A stretch of DNA of 64,000 bases from a virus (Duplodnaviria > Caudoviricetes): the IMG/VR virus record IMGVR_UViG_3300046531_000318, positions 28,867-92,866 of that record; one strand, written 5' to 3'. Made by a program: the position numbers and the translations under genes. Under the pieces are notes generated by a model. That model had not been told where the DNA came from and searched no databases. It saw nothing but the letters and a program-made list of their open reading frames with translations. The stretch's first letter is position 1; every line of letters begins with the position of its first letter. Below are positions 9,176-18,140 of the stretch, piece after piece.

Positions 9176-9534
9176 GCGTCACCTCGCTCGATGTCCCACA
9201 CCGGCGCGGGGAACTCGACCCAATGCGTCACACCGGCGAACGGGCGGTGGTGACCGACGTCCTCATCGGCTACCCAATGCAGGCCGGCTGCGAGCGCTCT
9301 GCGCTCCGCCAACGTGAACTGTGCGCCGCCACGGCTGCCAATCGCGCGCTGCTCGATCTTTTCCGCGCTGTAGAACTCCGGGTGCTCGGGCTGATGCAGA
9401 GGCCACCCCGAGACGATGCATCCGTCGAAGATGAACGCCACGCGTCCAATGGACTCCTGATAGCCGGGCTCGCCATCGCGGGGCGGCAGGCCGTCGACGG
9501 CCACGTCGTGAATTTTCACGGTGATCTCGCGCAC
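9172..9534 (-). CDS. Hypothetical phage protein
   Basis: Operon-coupled ORF ending in VTHW..P (DUF551-like terminal motif). Confidence 0.6.
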   Translation of the reverse strand: MREITVKIHDVAVDGLPPRDGEPGYQESIGRVAFIFDGCIVSGWPLHQPEHPEFYSAEKIEQRAIGSRGGAQFTLAERRALAAGLHWVADEDVGHHRPFAGVTHWVEFPAPVWDIERGDA

Positions 9535-9535
9535 G

Positions 9536-10744
9536 TCAGGCTCCCTTCACGCAGAGGACTTGCTTCAGGACGTGGACCACGTCGACCAGGTCGCGCTGGT
9601 TCTCCATCACTGCGTCGATGTCCTTGTACGCGGATGGGATCTCGTCCAGCACCGCGTCGTCTTTCCGGCACTCGACACCCTCGGTTTGTGCCTTGAGGTC
9701 GTCCAGATTGAACACTTTGCGGGCCTGCGTGCGGCTCATCTTGCGGCCGGCACCGTGCGAGCATGAGCAGTAAGACTCGGCGTTGCCCTTGCCCCGCACG
9801 ATATAGCTGCGCTGGCCCATCGAGCCCGGGATGATGCCAAGGTCGCCTTCGCGCGCGCGGATCGCGCCTTTGCGTGTGACCCACAGGTTGCGGCCGAAGT
9901 GGTTTTCCTTTTCGACGTAGTTGTGGTGGCAGTTGATCGCTTCCTGCGTGATCGTGAATTCGACCGGGATGCGTCTGCGCAGGGCCGCGATAACTGTTTC
10001 CATCATCACGCGGCGGTTCTCGAGTGCATAGTTCTGCGCCCAATTCACCGCTTCAACGTATTCCTTGAAGTCGTCGGTATCCTCGGGCAGGTAGGCGAGA
10101 TCGCCGTCGGGCAGGCTGATGAAGTACTGCTCCATGCGACGCTTTGCCTTCTCGATGAAGTAGCGGCCGATCATGTTGCCAATGCCGCGCGAGCCCGAGT
10201 GGAGCATGATCCAAACGTCTTGCGCCTCGTCCACGCAAATCTCGATGAAGTGGTTGCCGCTCCCGAGCGTTCCGAGTTGCGTTGCCGCTTTGCGCTGGGC
10301 CTGTGCATTGGACTGTGCGGACGCATCGCCAAAGGCGCGCGCCACACTGTTCGGTATCGTCGTGATCCGGGCAGCCAATGCTTCGATATCGCTATCGCGG
10401 CGGTGTGCTCCACCGGCACCAAGCGGCACGTCGCGCTCGATCTGGTGGCGGATCGCCGTCAGGCTGTCCGGGAGGTCGCTCGCCTTGAGCGACAGGCGCA
10501 CGGCGTTCATGCCGCATCCGATGTCGACGCCGACGGCTGCCGGGATAATGGCCTTGTCCGTGGCGATAACCGTGCCGACCGTCGAGCCTATGCCGGCGTG
10601 GACGTCCGGCATGCAGGCCACGCCATTGCCGGCGATAAATGGCAGGCGCGCGAGGTTCTTCAGTTGCTTCAGCGCGCTGTCCTCGACTTCGTCGGTCCAG
10701 ATCTTGATCGGGCGTGAACCCTCGTCGTGCAGAACTTGCTTCAT
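9536..10744 (-). CDS. rtcB: RtcB family RNA ligase (3'-phosphate/5'-OH)
   Basis: MPDVHAG, VGVDIGCG, GTLGSGNHF.E, HSGSRG, HHNY, RKGA, PGSMG, SHGAGR, DE.P.AYK; GAGGA RBS before ATG 10744. Confidence 0.95.
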   Translation of the reverse strand: MKQVLHDEGSRPIKIWTDEVEDSALKQLKNLARLPFIAGNGVACMPDVHAGIGSTVGTVIATDKAIIPAAVGVDIGCGMNAVRLSLKASDLPDSLTAIRHQIERDVPLGAGGAHRRDSDIEALAARITTIPNSVARAFGDASAQSNAQAQRKAATQLGTLGSGNHFIEICVDEAQDVWIMLHSGSRGIGNMIGRYFIEKAKRRMEQYFISLPDGDLAYLPEDTDDFKEYVEAVNWAQNYALENRRVMMETVIAALRRRIPVEFTITQEAINCHHNYVEKENHFGRNLWVTRKGAIRAREGDLGIIPGSMGQRSYIVRGKGNAESYCSCSHGAGRKMSRTQARKVFNLDDLKAQTEGVECRKDDAVLDEIPSAYKDIDAVMENQRDLVDVVHVLKQVLCVKGA

Positions 10745-10755
10745 TGTGTCCTCTG

Positions 10756-11292
10756 TCAGTGCATGGTCGGGGCTTGGACCGGGACGGTCACGAACGTGAC
10801 CACCTTGCGTACTTCCGGCATGAAGGTGGCTCGTCTCGGCGTGCCTGCGATCTTTGAGGTGCCTGCCCACGCTTCGGCCGACGTGAAAATCTGCACGGCC
10901 AGAATCTCATCGGCGCTCGCGGTCACTTCGGCGATGACCTCCGCCGTCAGTGCGCGCGGGCTGCCGTCAGCGTTGCGCGGGACGGCAACGTCGAACGCCT
11001 CGGTGATGATGACCACAGCGTCGGGCTTCGGTCTCACCTGCTCGCGCGCTGACGTGCCTTCGGTCAGAAGCGCTCGGACCACGAACTCCAGGCGGTCCGG
11101 TGCCTTGCTCAAAAACTCTTCCGTCAGTTGTTCGGGCATCTCGGCGACCACGTGTCCGTCGATGCGACGCGCGACCAGGAAGATTGCGGGCTTGAAGCGG
11201 CCGTTCGTGTTGAATTCATCGACGGCTGTCTTGGCGAACTCCGCGTAAAGCGCGGTGATCTGCTCGGGGGTAAAGGTAGCTGTGGCGGTCAT
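10756..11292 (-). CDS. Hypothetical protein
   Basis: 178-aa ORF filling the operon. Confidence 0.65.
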   Translation of the reverse strand: MTATATFTPEQITALYAEFAKTAVDEFNTNGRFKPAIFLVARRIDGHVVAEMPEQLTEEFLSKAPDRLEFVVRALLTEGTSAREQVRPKPDAVVIITEAFDVAVPRNADGSPRALTAEVIAEVTASADEILAVQIFTSAEAWAGTSKIAGTPRRATFMPEVRKVVTFVTVPVQAPTMH

Positions 11293-11316
11293 AGGGTGGT
11301 CAAGTTCGGTTGGCGC

Positions 11317-11523
11317 TTAAAGCTCGCCGATCCGGCGGAGGTGGGTGAAAAGCACGCGCTGGCCGGCGCGGACCTGGCTTGCGGTCGACGGCTTGCTTGG
11401 CTTGGCCACGCGGCGCGCACGAATCGCGTCGCACGCGTTGCAGATCGCGCGGTGCGTGCAGCCGGGAGCGCGGTGCTCGATCGGCTTGTGCGTGCGGCAG
11501 GTGAAGCAGAAAAAATCGGCCAT
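11317..11523 (-). CDS. Small zinc-finger protein
   Basis: CFTC..H...C..C; GGGA RBS. Confidence 0.55.
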   Translation of the reverse strand: MADFFCFTCRTHKPIEHRAPGCTHRAICNACDAIRARRVAKPSKPSTASQVRAGQRVLFTHLRRIGEL

Positions 11524-11650
11524 GCTTATTCCCACTCGAATGGGTATGGCTGCATCGCGTACTCGCGCTCGATTGCCATGCAAGCTTCACGTCCGTCTTG
11601 TGCCGGCTGGCGGCTCGCGCGGAGGGCGCGGAAGAAGGAGAGGATCCGTT

Positions 11651-11818
11651 TCACGTCGGCTGCTCCATCGACGCGCATTCTTCGCAGATCTGCCGGTTCT
11701 CAAGGCGCGGGAAAAATCCGCAGGACTCGCACATTTCGAGGTCCGCGTCGTCATGCGGCTGCGCATCGGTCGGCGCAAACTGCGGGCGGGCGTGCTTCTC
11801 TTGGGATCGCTTGCTCAT
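11651..11818 (-). CDS. Small zinc-finger protein (55 aa, below ORF-track cutoff)
   Basis: Read manually: MSKRSQEKH..CESCG..ICEEC; GAGA RBS. Confidence 0.45.
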   Translation of the reverse strand: MSKRSQEKHARPQFAPTDAQPHDDADLEMCESCGFFPRLENRQICEECASMEQPT

Positions 11819-11875
11819 GGTGTCTCTCGGGCGGGTGTCGCGTTGCGCCCGGTCATGCCGGGCGCGGCCTTCTCT

Positions 11876-12424
11876 TTACTTCGCGCGGCGCACGTATTTG
11901 CGCTTGGCGGGTGCCGGTGCGGCGGATTGGGCTTCGGGCTTGGTGTCCTTCACCGGGGCTGCTGCGGGCTTTTTCGCTGCCTTAGCGGGGGCTTTCTTCG
12001 CTGCGGCCTGCTTGCTCGCGGTCGCCGCCACCTCTGCGAGCGCTTTCTGCGCTTCGGGCGGCAGTTCCGGCTTCTTCAGCACGATCAGCGGACCTTGCGG
12101 AGTTGCCTCGGTGTGAATGTTCCGGCCGTCGATCTTCACGCGCTTCGACGCGAGTTCGGCCTGAATTTCCGCACTCAACTGCCCGGCCATTACCGACTCG
12201 AGCGCCTGGAGCTTCTCGATTGCCTCTCCGAACGAGCGCGCCTGGTGCGACAGGATCGCTTTGGCCTGCTGCGCGCATGTCAGAAAGCCTGCTGCGTACG
12301 CGGTGTTCGTCTTGCGGATGGCGATCTTTTCGACGCCCGGCGCGACCGCCTGTGCGACGTCCAACTTTGCGGGGACTTTGCGCGGTGCGCGTGCCGGTGC
12401 GGCTTTGGTTACTGCCTTCTTCAC
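11876..12424 (-). CDS. Lys/Ala-rich (histone H1-like tail) protein
   Basis: GGAGA RBS + GTG; AAKKAPAKAAKKPAA and KRKYVRRAK C-terminus. Confidence 0.6.
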   Translation of the reverse strand: MKKAVTKAAPARAPRKVPAKLDVAQAVAPGVEKIAIRKTNTAYAAGFLTCAQQAKAILSHQARSFGEAIEKLQALESVMAGQLSAEIQAELASKRVKIDGRNIHTEATPQGPLIVLKKPELPPEAQKALAEVAATASKQAAAKKAPAKAAKKPAAAPVKDTKPEAQSAAPAPAKRKYVRRAK

Positions 12425-12444
12425 TGAGTTCTCCGGGGAGTGGG

Positions 12445-12705
12445 TTACTTGGGTTCGTGCTTGCTGCAGCAGCCTGTCAGCAGCACTGAAAATCCGCCGA
12501 TGCCGCAGCGGGGATTGGTGCGCGTTTGGAACGATTCGTACTGGTTCCACGGGCGCGTGCCGGTGGCGTACTTGATGTCGAACTGCACCAGCTTGCAGTC
12601 GCGGCAGATGGGCGCTTTGCCCCTGTATCCCTGCTCAGCGCGCGCCTGCGCGAATCCATCGAACAGTTCGTTCTGCGGTGCCTGCTGCTGCGTCGTTGCT
12701 GTCAT
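12445..12705 (-). CDS. Cys-rich hypothetical protein, first gene of leftward early operon
   Basis: CRDC...RC.IGGF.V....CC..H. Confidence 0.6.
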   Translation of the reverse strand: MTATTQQQAPQNELFDGFAQARAEQGYRGKAPICRDCKLVQFDIKYATGTRPWNQYESFQTRTNPRCGIGGFSVLLTGCCSKHEPK

Positions 12706-12722
12706 CGTCGGTCGCCTTGATA

Positions 12723-12796
12723 AATCTGCGTTTCGCGCTGAATTATTGGCGGTTTGCGTGAGTTCCGCAAGCGTTTTTCTGCTTCGCGTGCAGATT
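12723..12796. promoter_or_regulatory. Two putative repressor operators at the leftward early promoter
   Basis: AATCTGC-N7-GCTGAAT (12723-12743) and TTTCTGC-N7-GCAGATT (12776-12796). Confidence 0.6.
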
Positions 12797-12807
12797 TCGC
12801 TTATGAG

Positions 12808-12823
12808 GTCGTGACGCCACCAT
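12808..12823 (+). promoter_or_regulatory. Putative late promoter (GTCGTGACGC-CACCAT) for portal operon
   Basis: Motif copy; implies the portal starts at 12846 rather than 12822. Confidence 0.75.
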
Positions 12824-12845
12824 GTCTGCAAACATTGGGGGTGTT

Positions 12846-14621
12846 ATGTCTGATTCAGTCACGTCGGTCGCTTTCGACGCTTCGGCGCCGGAAGGTGAGC
12901 GCGTCGACGCGCTGGCGAGCCTGCAGCGCGAATACATGCCGACCGCGTCGGATCTGCTGCCGCCGGTCGAGTTGCGTGGGTTCATCGAGGAGGCGACTGA
13001 GCAGTTCGCCGTCGAGCCGATGCTTAAGGCCATCGCCGACAACGGAGCGCCTTTCCCGTCGCGGACGGCGCAGCAGAAGCAGCGCGGCATGCAGTCCGTG
13101 TTTCTGGATGAGTGGCAGATCAACGTGGCTGGCGACTATTGGGAGCGGCCGACGTCGCTTACCTTCGACGCGTTGCGATCGATGGTTCGCCAGACTCCGA
13201 TCCTGAACGCTGTCGTGATGACGCGCGTGCGGCAGGTTCAGCGCTTCTGTCGCATCTCGGAAAAAGGCATTGACGCACCCGGCTTCGAAGTGCGGCACGT
13301 CGATCGCAAGCACCAGCTCACAAAATCCGAGCAGGAGTCGATCGGCCTGTTGAACAAGTTCATGCTCAACAACGGCTGGGAGTTCAAGCCGCGGCTTCGG
13401 AAGTCGCTGCACCGTGACTCGCTCTCGCAGTTCATGGCTAAAAGCGTGCGCGACTCGCTCGTGCTTGACTCGGCCCCTATCGAAACGGAATGGAAGCGCA
13501 ACAAGAAGCTCGGCATCGACGGCTTCTATGCGGTGGACGGCGCGACTATTCGCATGTGCACCGAGAACGGGTTCCAGCGTCACCAGGACGTGTTTGCGGT
13601 CCAGCTGGTGGACGGGCGGATCACGTCCGCCTATACGCATGACGATCTGATCTACGAGCCCCGCAATCCGGTCACGGACGTCAACGCGGCGGGCTACGGC
13701 CTCTCTGAAACGGAGTTGCTGATCCGCATCGTGACCGGCTTCATTAACGCGCTCACGTACAACATTCGCGGCTTCGACTCGAACCAGATCCCGAAGGGGC
13801 TGTTGCACCTGTCGGGCGGCTACGACGACAAGGATCTGAAGGCGTTCAAGCGCTACTGGAATTCGATGGTCAAGGGCGTTAATAACGCCTGGTCACTCCC
13901 TGTAATGGTCAGCAAGGACCAGGAGTCGAAGGCCGCGTTCGAGAAGTTCGGCGTCGAATTCAACGAAATGTACTTCGCCAAGTGGATGACGTTCCTGACG
14001 TCGATCATCTGCGCGCTGTACGGCATGTCGCCGGCTGAAATCAACTTCGACGCATTCTCGGGCGGCACCGCGTCGCCGCTATCGGGCTCTGACACCGCCG
14101 AAAAGCTGGCCGCGTCGAAAGACTCGGGTCTGCGTCCGCTGCTGGCGCACTACGAAAACGTGTTCAGCGACTTCCTCGTTGCGGAGTACTCGTCCGATCT
14201 GGTGTTCCGGTGGACTGGCCTCGATCCGGAGGACGCGGACAAGCGGCAGGAAATGCGAAAGACCGTGCTCACGGTGAACGAGATTCGCGCAGAGGAAGGC
14301 CACGACGCGATGCCAGGCCCGCTCGGCGACGCGCCGGTGAACCCGGCTCTGATCCAGCCGTGGATGCAGATCAACGGCCTTGGCCAGCCGCAGGACGGCG
14401 GAGAGGGCGGAGAGGGCGGAGATGGCGACGGCGCGGCGCCCGGCGCTGGTCCGGATGCACAGGCTGGCGAGGCGGGGCAGGCGGACGGCGATGCGGCCGA
14501 TTCCGGCGCGGCCGACGCCGCCGGTGGCCCCGACTTCGGCGAGCCGCCAGCGGAGGATTTCGGTAAGTCGCTGGCGTTCAACCTGCCGCCCATTTATTCA
14601 ACGGAGGATCTGCTCGCATGA
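12846..14621 (+). CDS. Portal protein
   Basis: DG.TI, GYGLSE.E, PKGLL, F..W, G.SP.EI, GL.PLL, TVNEIRAE.G; first gene of head operon; GGGGG RBS. Confidence 0.88.
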   Translation: MSDSVTSVAFDASAPEGERVDALASLQREYMPTASDLLPPVELRGFIEEATEQFAVEPMLKAIADNGAPFPSRTAQQKQRGMQSVFLDEWQINVAGDYWERPTSLTFDALRSMVRQTPILNAVVMTRVRQVQRFCRISEKGIDAPGFEVRHVDRKHQLTKSEQESIGLLNKFMLNNGWEFKPRLRKSLHRDSLSQFMAKSVRDSLVLDSAPIETEWKRNKKLGIDGFYAVDGATIRMCTENGFQRHQDVFAVQLVDGRITSAYTHDDLIYEPRNPVTDVNAAGYGLSETELLIRIVTGFINALTYNIRGFDSNQIPKGLLHLSGGYDDKDLKAFKRYWNSMVKGVNNAWSLPVMVSKDQESKAAFEKFGVEFNEMYFAKWMTFLTSIICALYGMSPAEINFDAFSGGTASPLSGSDTAEKLAASKDSGLRPLLAHYENVFSDFLVAEYSSDLVFRWTGLDPEDADKRQEMRKTVLTVNEIRAEEGHDAMPGPLGDAPVNPALIQPWMQINGLGQPQDGGEGGEGGDGDGAAPGAGPDAQAGEAGQADGDAADSGAADAAGGPDFGEPPAEDFGKSLAFNLPPIYSTEDLLA

Positions 14622-14989
14622 CCACGCCCATTTTCATCAAGGCAATTTCGCCAGCAAAGCCGAAGGCCAAACCGGCAGTCAAACACGACGATGTCGCATC
14701 GACTGCCGCGTCTGGCAAGTTCGCGGGGCTGCTCGCGATCCTCGCGGATCACAACCCGAAGAACAAGTTCGGGCCCGAGAAGGTCAAGCCCGGGCACGCG
14801 GTCACATTCAAGGCTGGCACGTTCGCTGGTGGCGGCAAGGTTACCGCTGCTGGCAAGCACGGCGTTACCGTGGAGGACGACGACGCTCGGGCCCACTCGG
14901 TGCACTGGCATGAGATCACCGGCCACGTCGGAGACGAGGACGAAGAAGGCGACAAGGACGGGAAGCCCAAGGGCAATGCAAAAAAATAA
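14618..14989 (+). CDS. Hypothetical virion-associated protein
   Basis: ATGA-coupled to portal; SH3-like G.V.A.GKHGVTVED...H.V.W; N-terminal IFIKA motif. Confidence 0.6.
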   Translation: MTTPIFIKAISPAKPKAKPAVKHDDVASTAASGKFAGLLAILADHNPKNKFGPEKVKPGHAVTFKAGTFAGGGKVTAAGKHGVTVEDDDARAHSVHWHEITGHVGDEDEEGDKDGKPKGNAKK

Positions 14990-16199
14990 CGTGTTCGTCA
15001 ATCTCGGCGCGCTCTCCTGCGGCTGCACGGACGAAGTACTTGGCACGCTCGCGAAGGCGCTGTCGGGCGAGGATGGGCTGGGGCACGACATCTGGTCGGA
15101 GCACTACAGTCCGTTCGTCCAGTCGCTGATCGAGCTTTTCTCGTCGCGCGGCCTGCTGATGCTCGACAAGGTAAAGGACGAGCTCAACGCATGGACAGCG
15201 GGCAAGCGTTACGTGCCCGCCGGCATTGGCGTGACCGGCAAGCCGACGGGCAATCCTGCGCGCCTAGACGCTAACGAGTTAGCGCTGGTCCGGATCTATC
15301 TCGAGAACATTCCGCCGGCGCAGTTCTCCGCCCCTGATTGGGGTCTGCTGGTCGATTACCTCGTCAGCCGCTATATGCCGTACGACACGCTGCAAAGCGA
15401 GGCCGAATGGCTGGCCGTCAGGTCGGTGTTTATGGGGAAGGTGCAGGCCAACATCGCGAACGTGACCAAGGAGCGGGCCGACAGCATTGTCGCGGCGCTG
15501 CCCACGACGATGAAGGCGGCGACAAGCAGCTTCAACCCATCGGGCGCCATTAAGTTCGTGCTCGAGTACGGCCACGCTCGATGTGCCGACAACATCCAGG
15601 CTGTCTCGGATGCCGCGCGGCACCGCCTGAAGCGCGTCATCATGGCGCACGAAGAACAGCGCCTGCTCGGCGACCGGCCGCCTGCGCACTCGTTGCAAAC
15701 CCAACTCTTTGACGAGTTCGCGGCGCTCAATCGTGACTGGCGTCGCATCGCGCTTACCGAAGTCGGCGACAACGCTGGCAATGGCCTGATCGCGTCGCTG
15801 AAGCCCGGCACGCGCGTGCGGCGCATCGAGCAGTACAACGGCGCTTGCGCTTTCTGCCGCAAGATCAACGGCGCCGTGCTCACGGTCGTGGACCCCAACA
15901 AGAAGGACAAGAACTGGGACACGGAAGTGTGGGTCGGGAAATCTAATGTGGGTCGCTCTGGCGCGAAGCGTAAGCGCGTGGACGATGACCTTGTCGAGCG
16001 CTCGGACGCCGAGCTATGGAAGATCGCCGCGGGCACCATACACCCGCATTGCCGCGGGTCGTGGATTGTCCTCGAGGACGCAAAGCCCGACGACGATCCG
16101 GCCTTTGCGACATGGCTTGACGCGCACTTCGCCAAGCACCGCCGAACGCCCGAAGAAATCGCCGCCACGCTCCGTGCGCGCGCCAGTTCCCCTGCCTGA
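14976..16199 (+). CDS. Head morphogenesis/minor head protein (SPP1 gp7/Mu F-like)
   Basis: NRDWRRIALTE, ACAFC, HPHCRG.W motifs. Confidence 0.8.
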   Translation: MQKNNVFVNLGALSCGCTDEVLGTLAKALSGEDGLGHDIWSEHYSPFVQSLIELFSSRGLLMLDKVKDELNAWTAGKRYVPAGIGVTGKPTGNPARLDANELALVRIYLENIPPAQFSAPDWGLLVDYLVSRYMPYDTLQSEAEWLAVRSVFMGKVQANIANVTKERADSIVAALPTTMKAATSSFNPSGAIKFVLEYGHARCADNIQAVSDAARHRLKRVIMAHEEQRLLGDRPPAHSLQTQLFDEFAALNRDWRRIALTEVGDNAGNGLIASLKPGTRVRRIEQYNGACAFCRKINGAVLTVVDPNKKDKNWDTEVWVGKSNVGRSGAKRKRVDDDLVERSDAELWKIAAGTIHPHCRGSWIVLEDAKPDDDPAFATWLDAHFAKHRRTPEEIAATLRARASSPA

Positions 16200-16200
16200 A

Positions 16201-16216
16201 GTCGTGACGCCGTAAT
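16201..16216 (+). promoter_or_regulatory. Putative late promoter (GTCGTGACGC-CGTAAT), leaderless transcript
   Basis: ATG lies exactly 7 nt after the conserved T; no SD. Confidence 0.7.
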
Positions 16217-16222
16217 GGCGGC

Positions 16223-16444
16223 ATGCACTCGTTCAGCGTCACGCAGCTTCATCTGGCGGCCTACATCAAAGCGAACGGCGCGACCTTCACTGGTTGCGTC
16301 GACCGCGCATTCCATTTCACGTCTGATCGGCCGCTCGCGGATTGGCGCGTGGCCCATTCGAATTCGTGTTGTCGGCGCGTTGATGGCGAACTGATCGAGC
16401 TACGGAAATTTTTGAAAGAGACGAGCCCCGTCGAAAAGTCGTGA
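16223..16444 (+). CDS. Small hypothetical protein (DUF5659-like)
   Basis: L.LAAY.K..G....F.F pattern; own promoter. Confidence 0.6.
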   Translation: MHSFSVTQLHLAAYIKANGATFTGCVDRAFHFTSDRPLADWRVAHSNSCCRRVDGELIELRKFLKETSPVEKS

Positions 16445-16453
16445 CGCGAGCAT
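16438..16453 (+). promoter_or_regulatory. Putative late promoter (GTCGTGACGC-GAGCAT)
   Basis: ATG 8 nt after the conserved T; no SD. Confidence 0.75.
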
Positions 16454-16460
16454 CTCATTC

Positions 16461-17366
16461 ATGAACCACAGCAACGTTTCCGATCAGGCAATCCTCGACG
16501 CGGCCCCGAGCTTTCTAAGCATCGGGGAAATGCTCAAGGCCACGCCCGCGACAGAGGGCGATAAGCGCTTTGTCTACATGGAAGCGTCGAACGAGACGCG
16601 CGACCTTCAGAACGAAGTCACGTTGCAGAAAGCGCTCGCCGAGTCGGCTGAGTACTACCTGAAGTTCGGGAACGTCGACCTCGAGCATTTCACGATTCTC
16701 GGTCGTCCGAATCCGGACCTCGGTCGCAAGGGCTTTCCCGATTACGAGGATTACGAAATCGGGCGCCCGGTGGACGTGCGTTTCGACGGCTCGCGCACGT
16801 TCGTGAAAGCGCAGATCAACCAGGGCTCGAGCGAGTTCTTTGGCAAGGCTAACCGCTTTTGGGCGTCGATCACTGAACTGGATCCGCCCAAGGAGTGGTA
16901 CCCGAGCGTTGGCGGTGCAGTGCTTGAGAAGTCTATCGGGGTGGATGCCGAAACGGGCGAGCGCTACGCGGTGATTTCGAAGGTCCGCTGGTCGAACATC
17001 GGCATGAGTCTCACGCCCGTGAATGCCGAACTGACGGGCTGTTCGACGGTCCCGTTCGGCGTGCTGGCGAAGTGTCTGCGCCCTGACGGTATCGACCTGC
17101 GCAAGTCGCTGACAGTCGGTTACGGCACGGACTCAGCAACGCTCACCGGCGGCGACGCGCTGCGTATGCAGTCTCTCGCCGGCGGCAACCGCATGCCTTA
17201 CCGCCAGTTCCGTGACGAACTGGCACATGCAGTCGGGACAGGTGCGATCAACCCGTCCGACAAGAAGGAATTGGTGCGGGAGGCCGCTTCGCGTTTCGGT
17301 CTTTCGAACGCCGACGCTGCGCAGTACGTGGAGCGGTTTTTGGACGATCTTAAACGCGGCATTTAG
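16461..17366 (+). CDS. Prohead protease
   Basis: AS.E.RDLQNE, GNVD.EH, IG.P, SVGG, L...PVN; position between portal/minor head and scaffold/capsid. Confidence 0.82.
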   Translation: MNHSNVSDQAILDAAPSFLSIGEMLKATPATEGDKRFVYMEASNETRDLQNEVTLQKALAESAEYYLKFGNVDLEHFTILGRPNPDLGRKGFPDYEDYEIGRPVDVRFDGSRTFVKAQINQGSSEFFGKANRFWASITELDPPKEWYPSVGGAVLEKSIGVDAETGERYAVISKVRWSNIGMSLTPVNAELTGCSTVPFGVLAKCLRPDGIDLRKSLTVGYGTDSATLTGGDALRMQSLAGGNRMPYRQFRDELAHAVGTGAINPSDKKELVREAASRFGLSNADAAQYVERFLDDLKRGI

Positions 17367-17374
17367 GAGCTTGT

Positions 17375-18100
17375 ATGGACTTTGAAACACTGCGCGCGCA
17401 AATCGCAAGCGCACAGGCCGGCGCCGAAGTGCTGGCTAAGTCGCTGGCAGCCTCGCCCAGCGAAACCGTCGACAACAAGACCATCGCGGCTGCGGCTGCC
17501 GATGGCGCTGCCGCTGGCGGCGCAACGGGCACGACCGACGCGGATCCGAACGCCGAAGGCGAGGACAAGGAGAACGGCGATGGAGAGGTGCTCGCCAAGT
17601 CGTTCGCGCTGACTCTCGATGACGGCTCTGTCCTCGAGGCAGTGGACGGCACGGAAATGCTGAAGTCTTTCGCGGCCCAGCTGAACGCCGAAAAGGAAGG
17701 CCGCGCAGCCGACAACGGCGAGTTCATGAAGGCGATGGGCGCAACGCTCGGCGTCGTCGGCCAACTCACCGCAACGCTTCAGGAGCAGGGCACCGCACTG
17801 GCAAACGCTAACAAGCAACTCGCCGAGCTCAAGTCGCAAGGCGAGACGCTGGCGAAGTCGCTGGCCGCTGTCAGCAACGAAGGGCGCGGTCGTCGCAGCG
17901 TGGACGTGACCGTGCACAACAAGGCATCGGACGCTGGTCAATCGACCGAGAAGCCGCGCCCCGCTGAAATTCTCGCCAAGGCCATGACCGCACTCAGCGC
18001 GAAGGCGATCACCGGCGTGGAAGCATCGAAGATCGAATCGGCCCTGAACGCTGGCTTGATGCCGGAGCAGGCGCTGCTCGACCGAATTTTCACCAAGTAA
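17375..18100 (+). CDS. Head scaffolding protein
   Basis: Acidic/coiled-coil, repeated LAKSL/LAKSF motifs, directly upstream of the capsid gene. Confidence 0.7.
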   Translation: MDFETLRAQIASAQAGAEVLAKSLAASPSETVDNKTIAAAAADGAAAGGATGTTDADPNAEGEDKENGDGEVLAKSFALTLDDGSVLEAVDGTEMLKSFAAQLNAEKEGRAADNGEFMKAMGATLGVVGQLTATLQEQGTALANANKQLAELKSQGETLAKSLAAVSNEGRGRRSVDVTVHNKASDAGQSTEKPRPAEILAKAMTALSAKAITGVEASKIESALNAGLMPEQALLDRIFTK

Positions 18101-18140
18101 GCAGCACACCAACGGTACTTTCTGGAGGTTTTACCCCGAT

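Noticed and set aside
12822-12845. ORF-track start of the portal at 12822
   Set aside because: That ATG lies inside the promoter motif; ATG 12846 has an RBS and lies downstream of the predicted +1.
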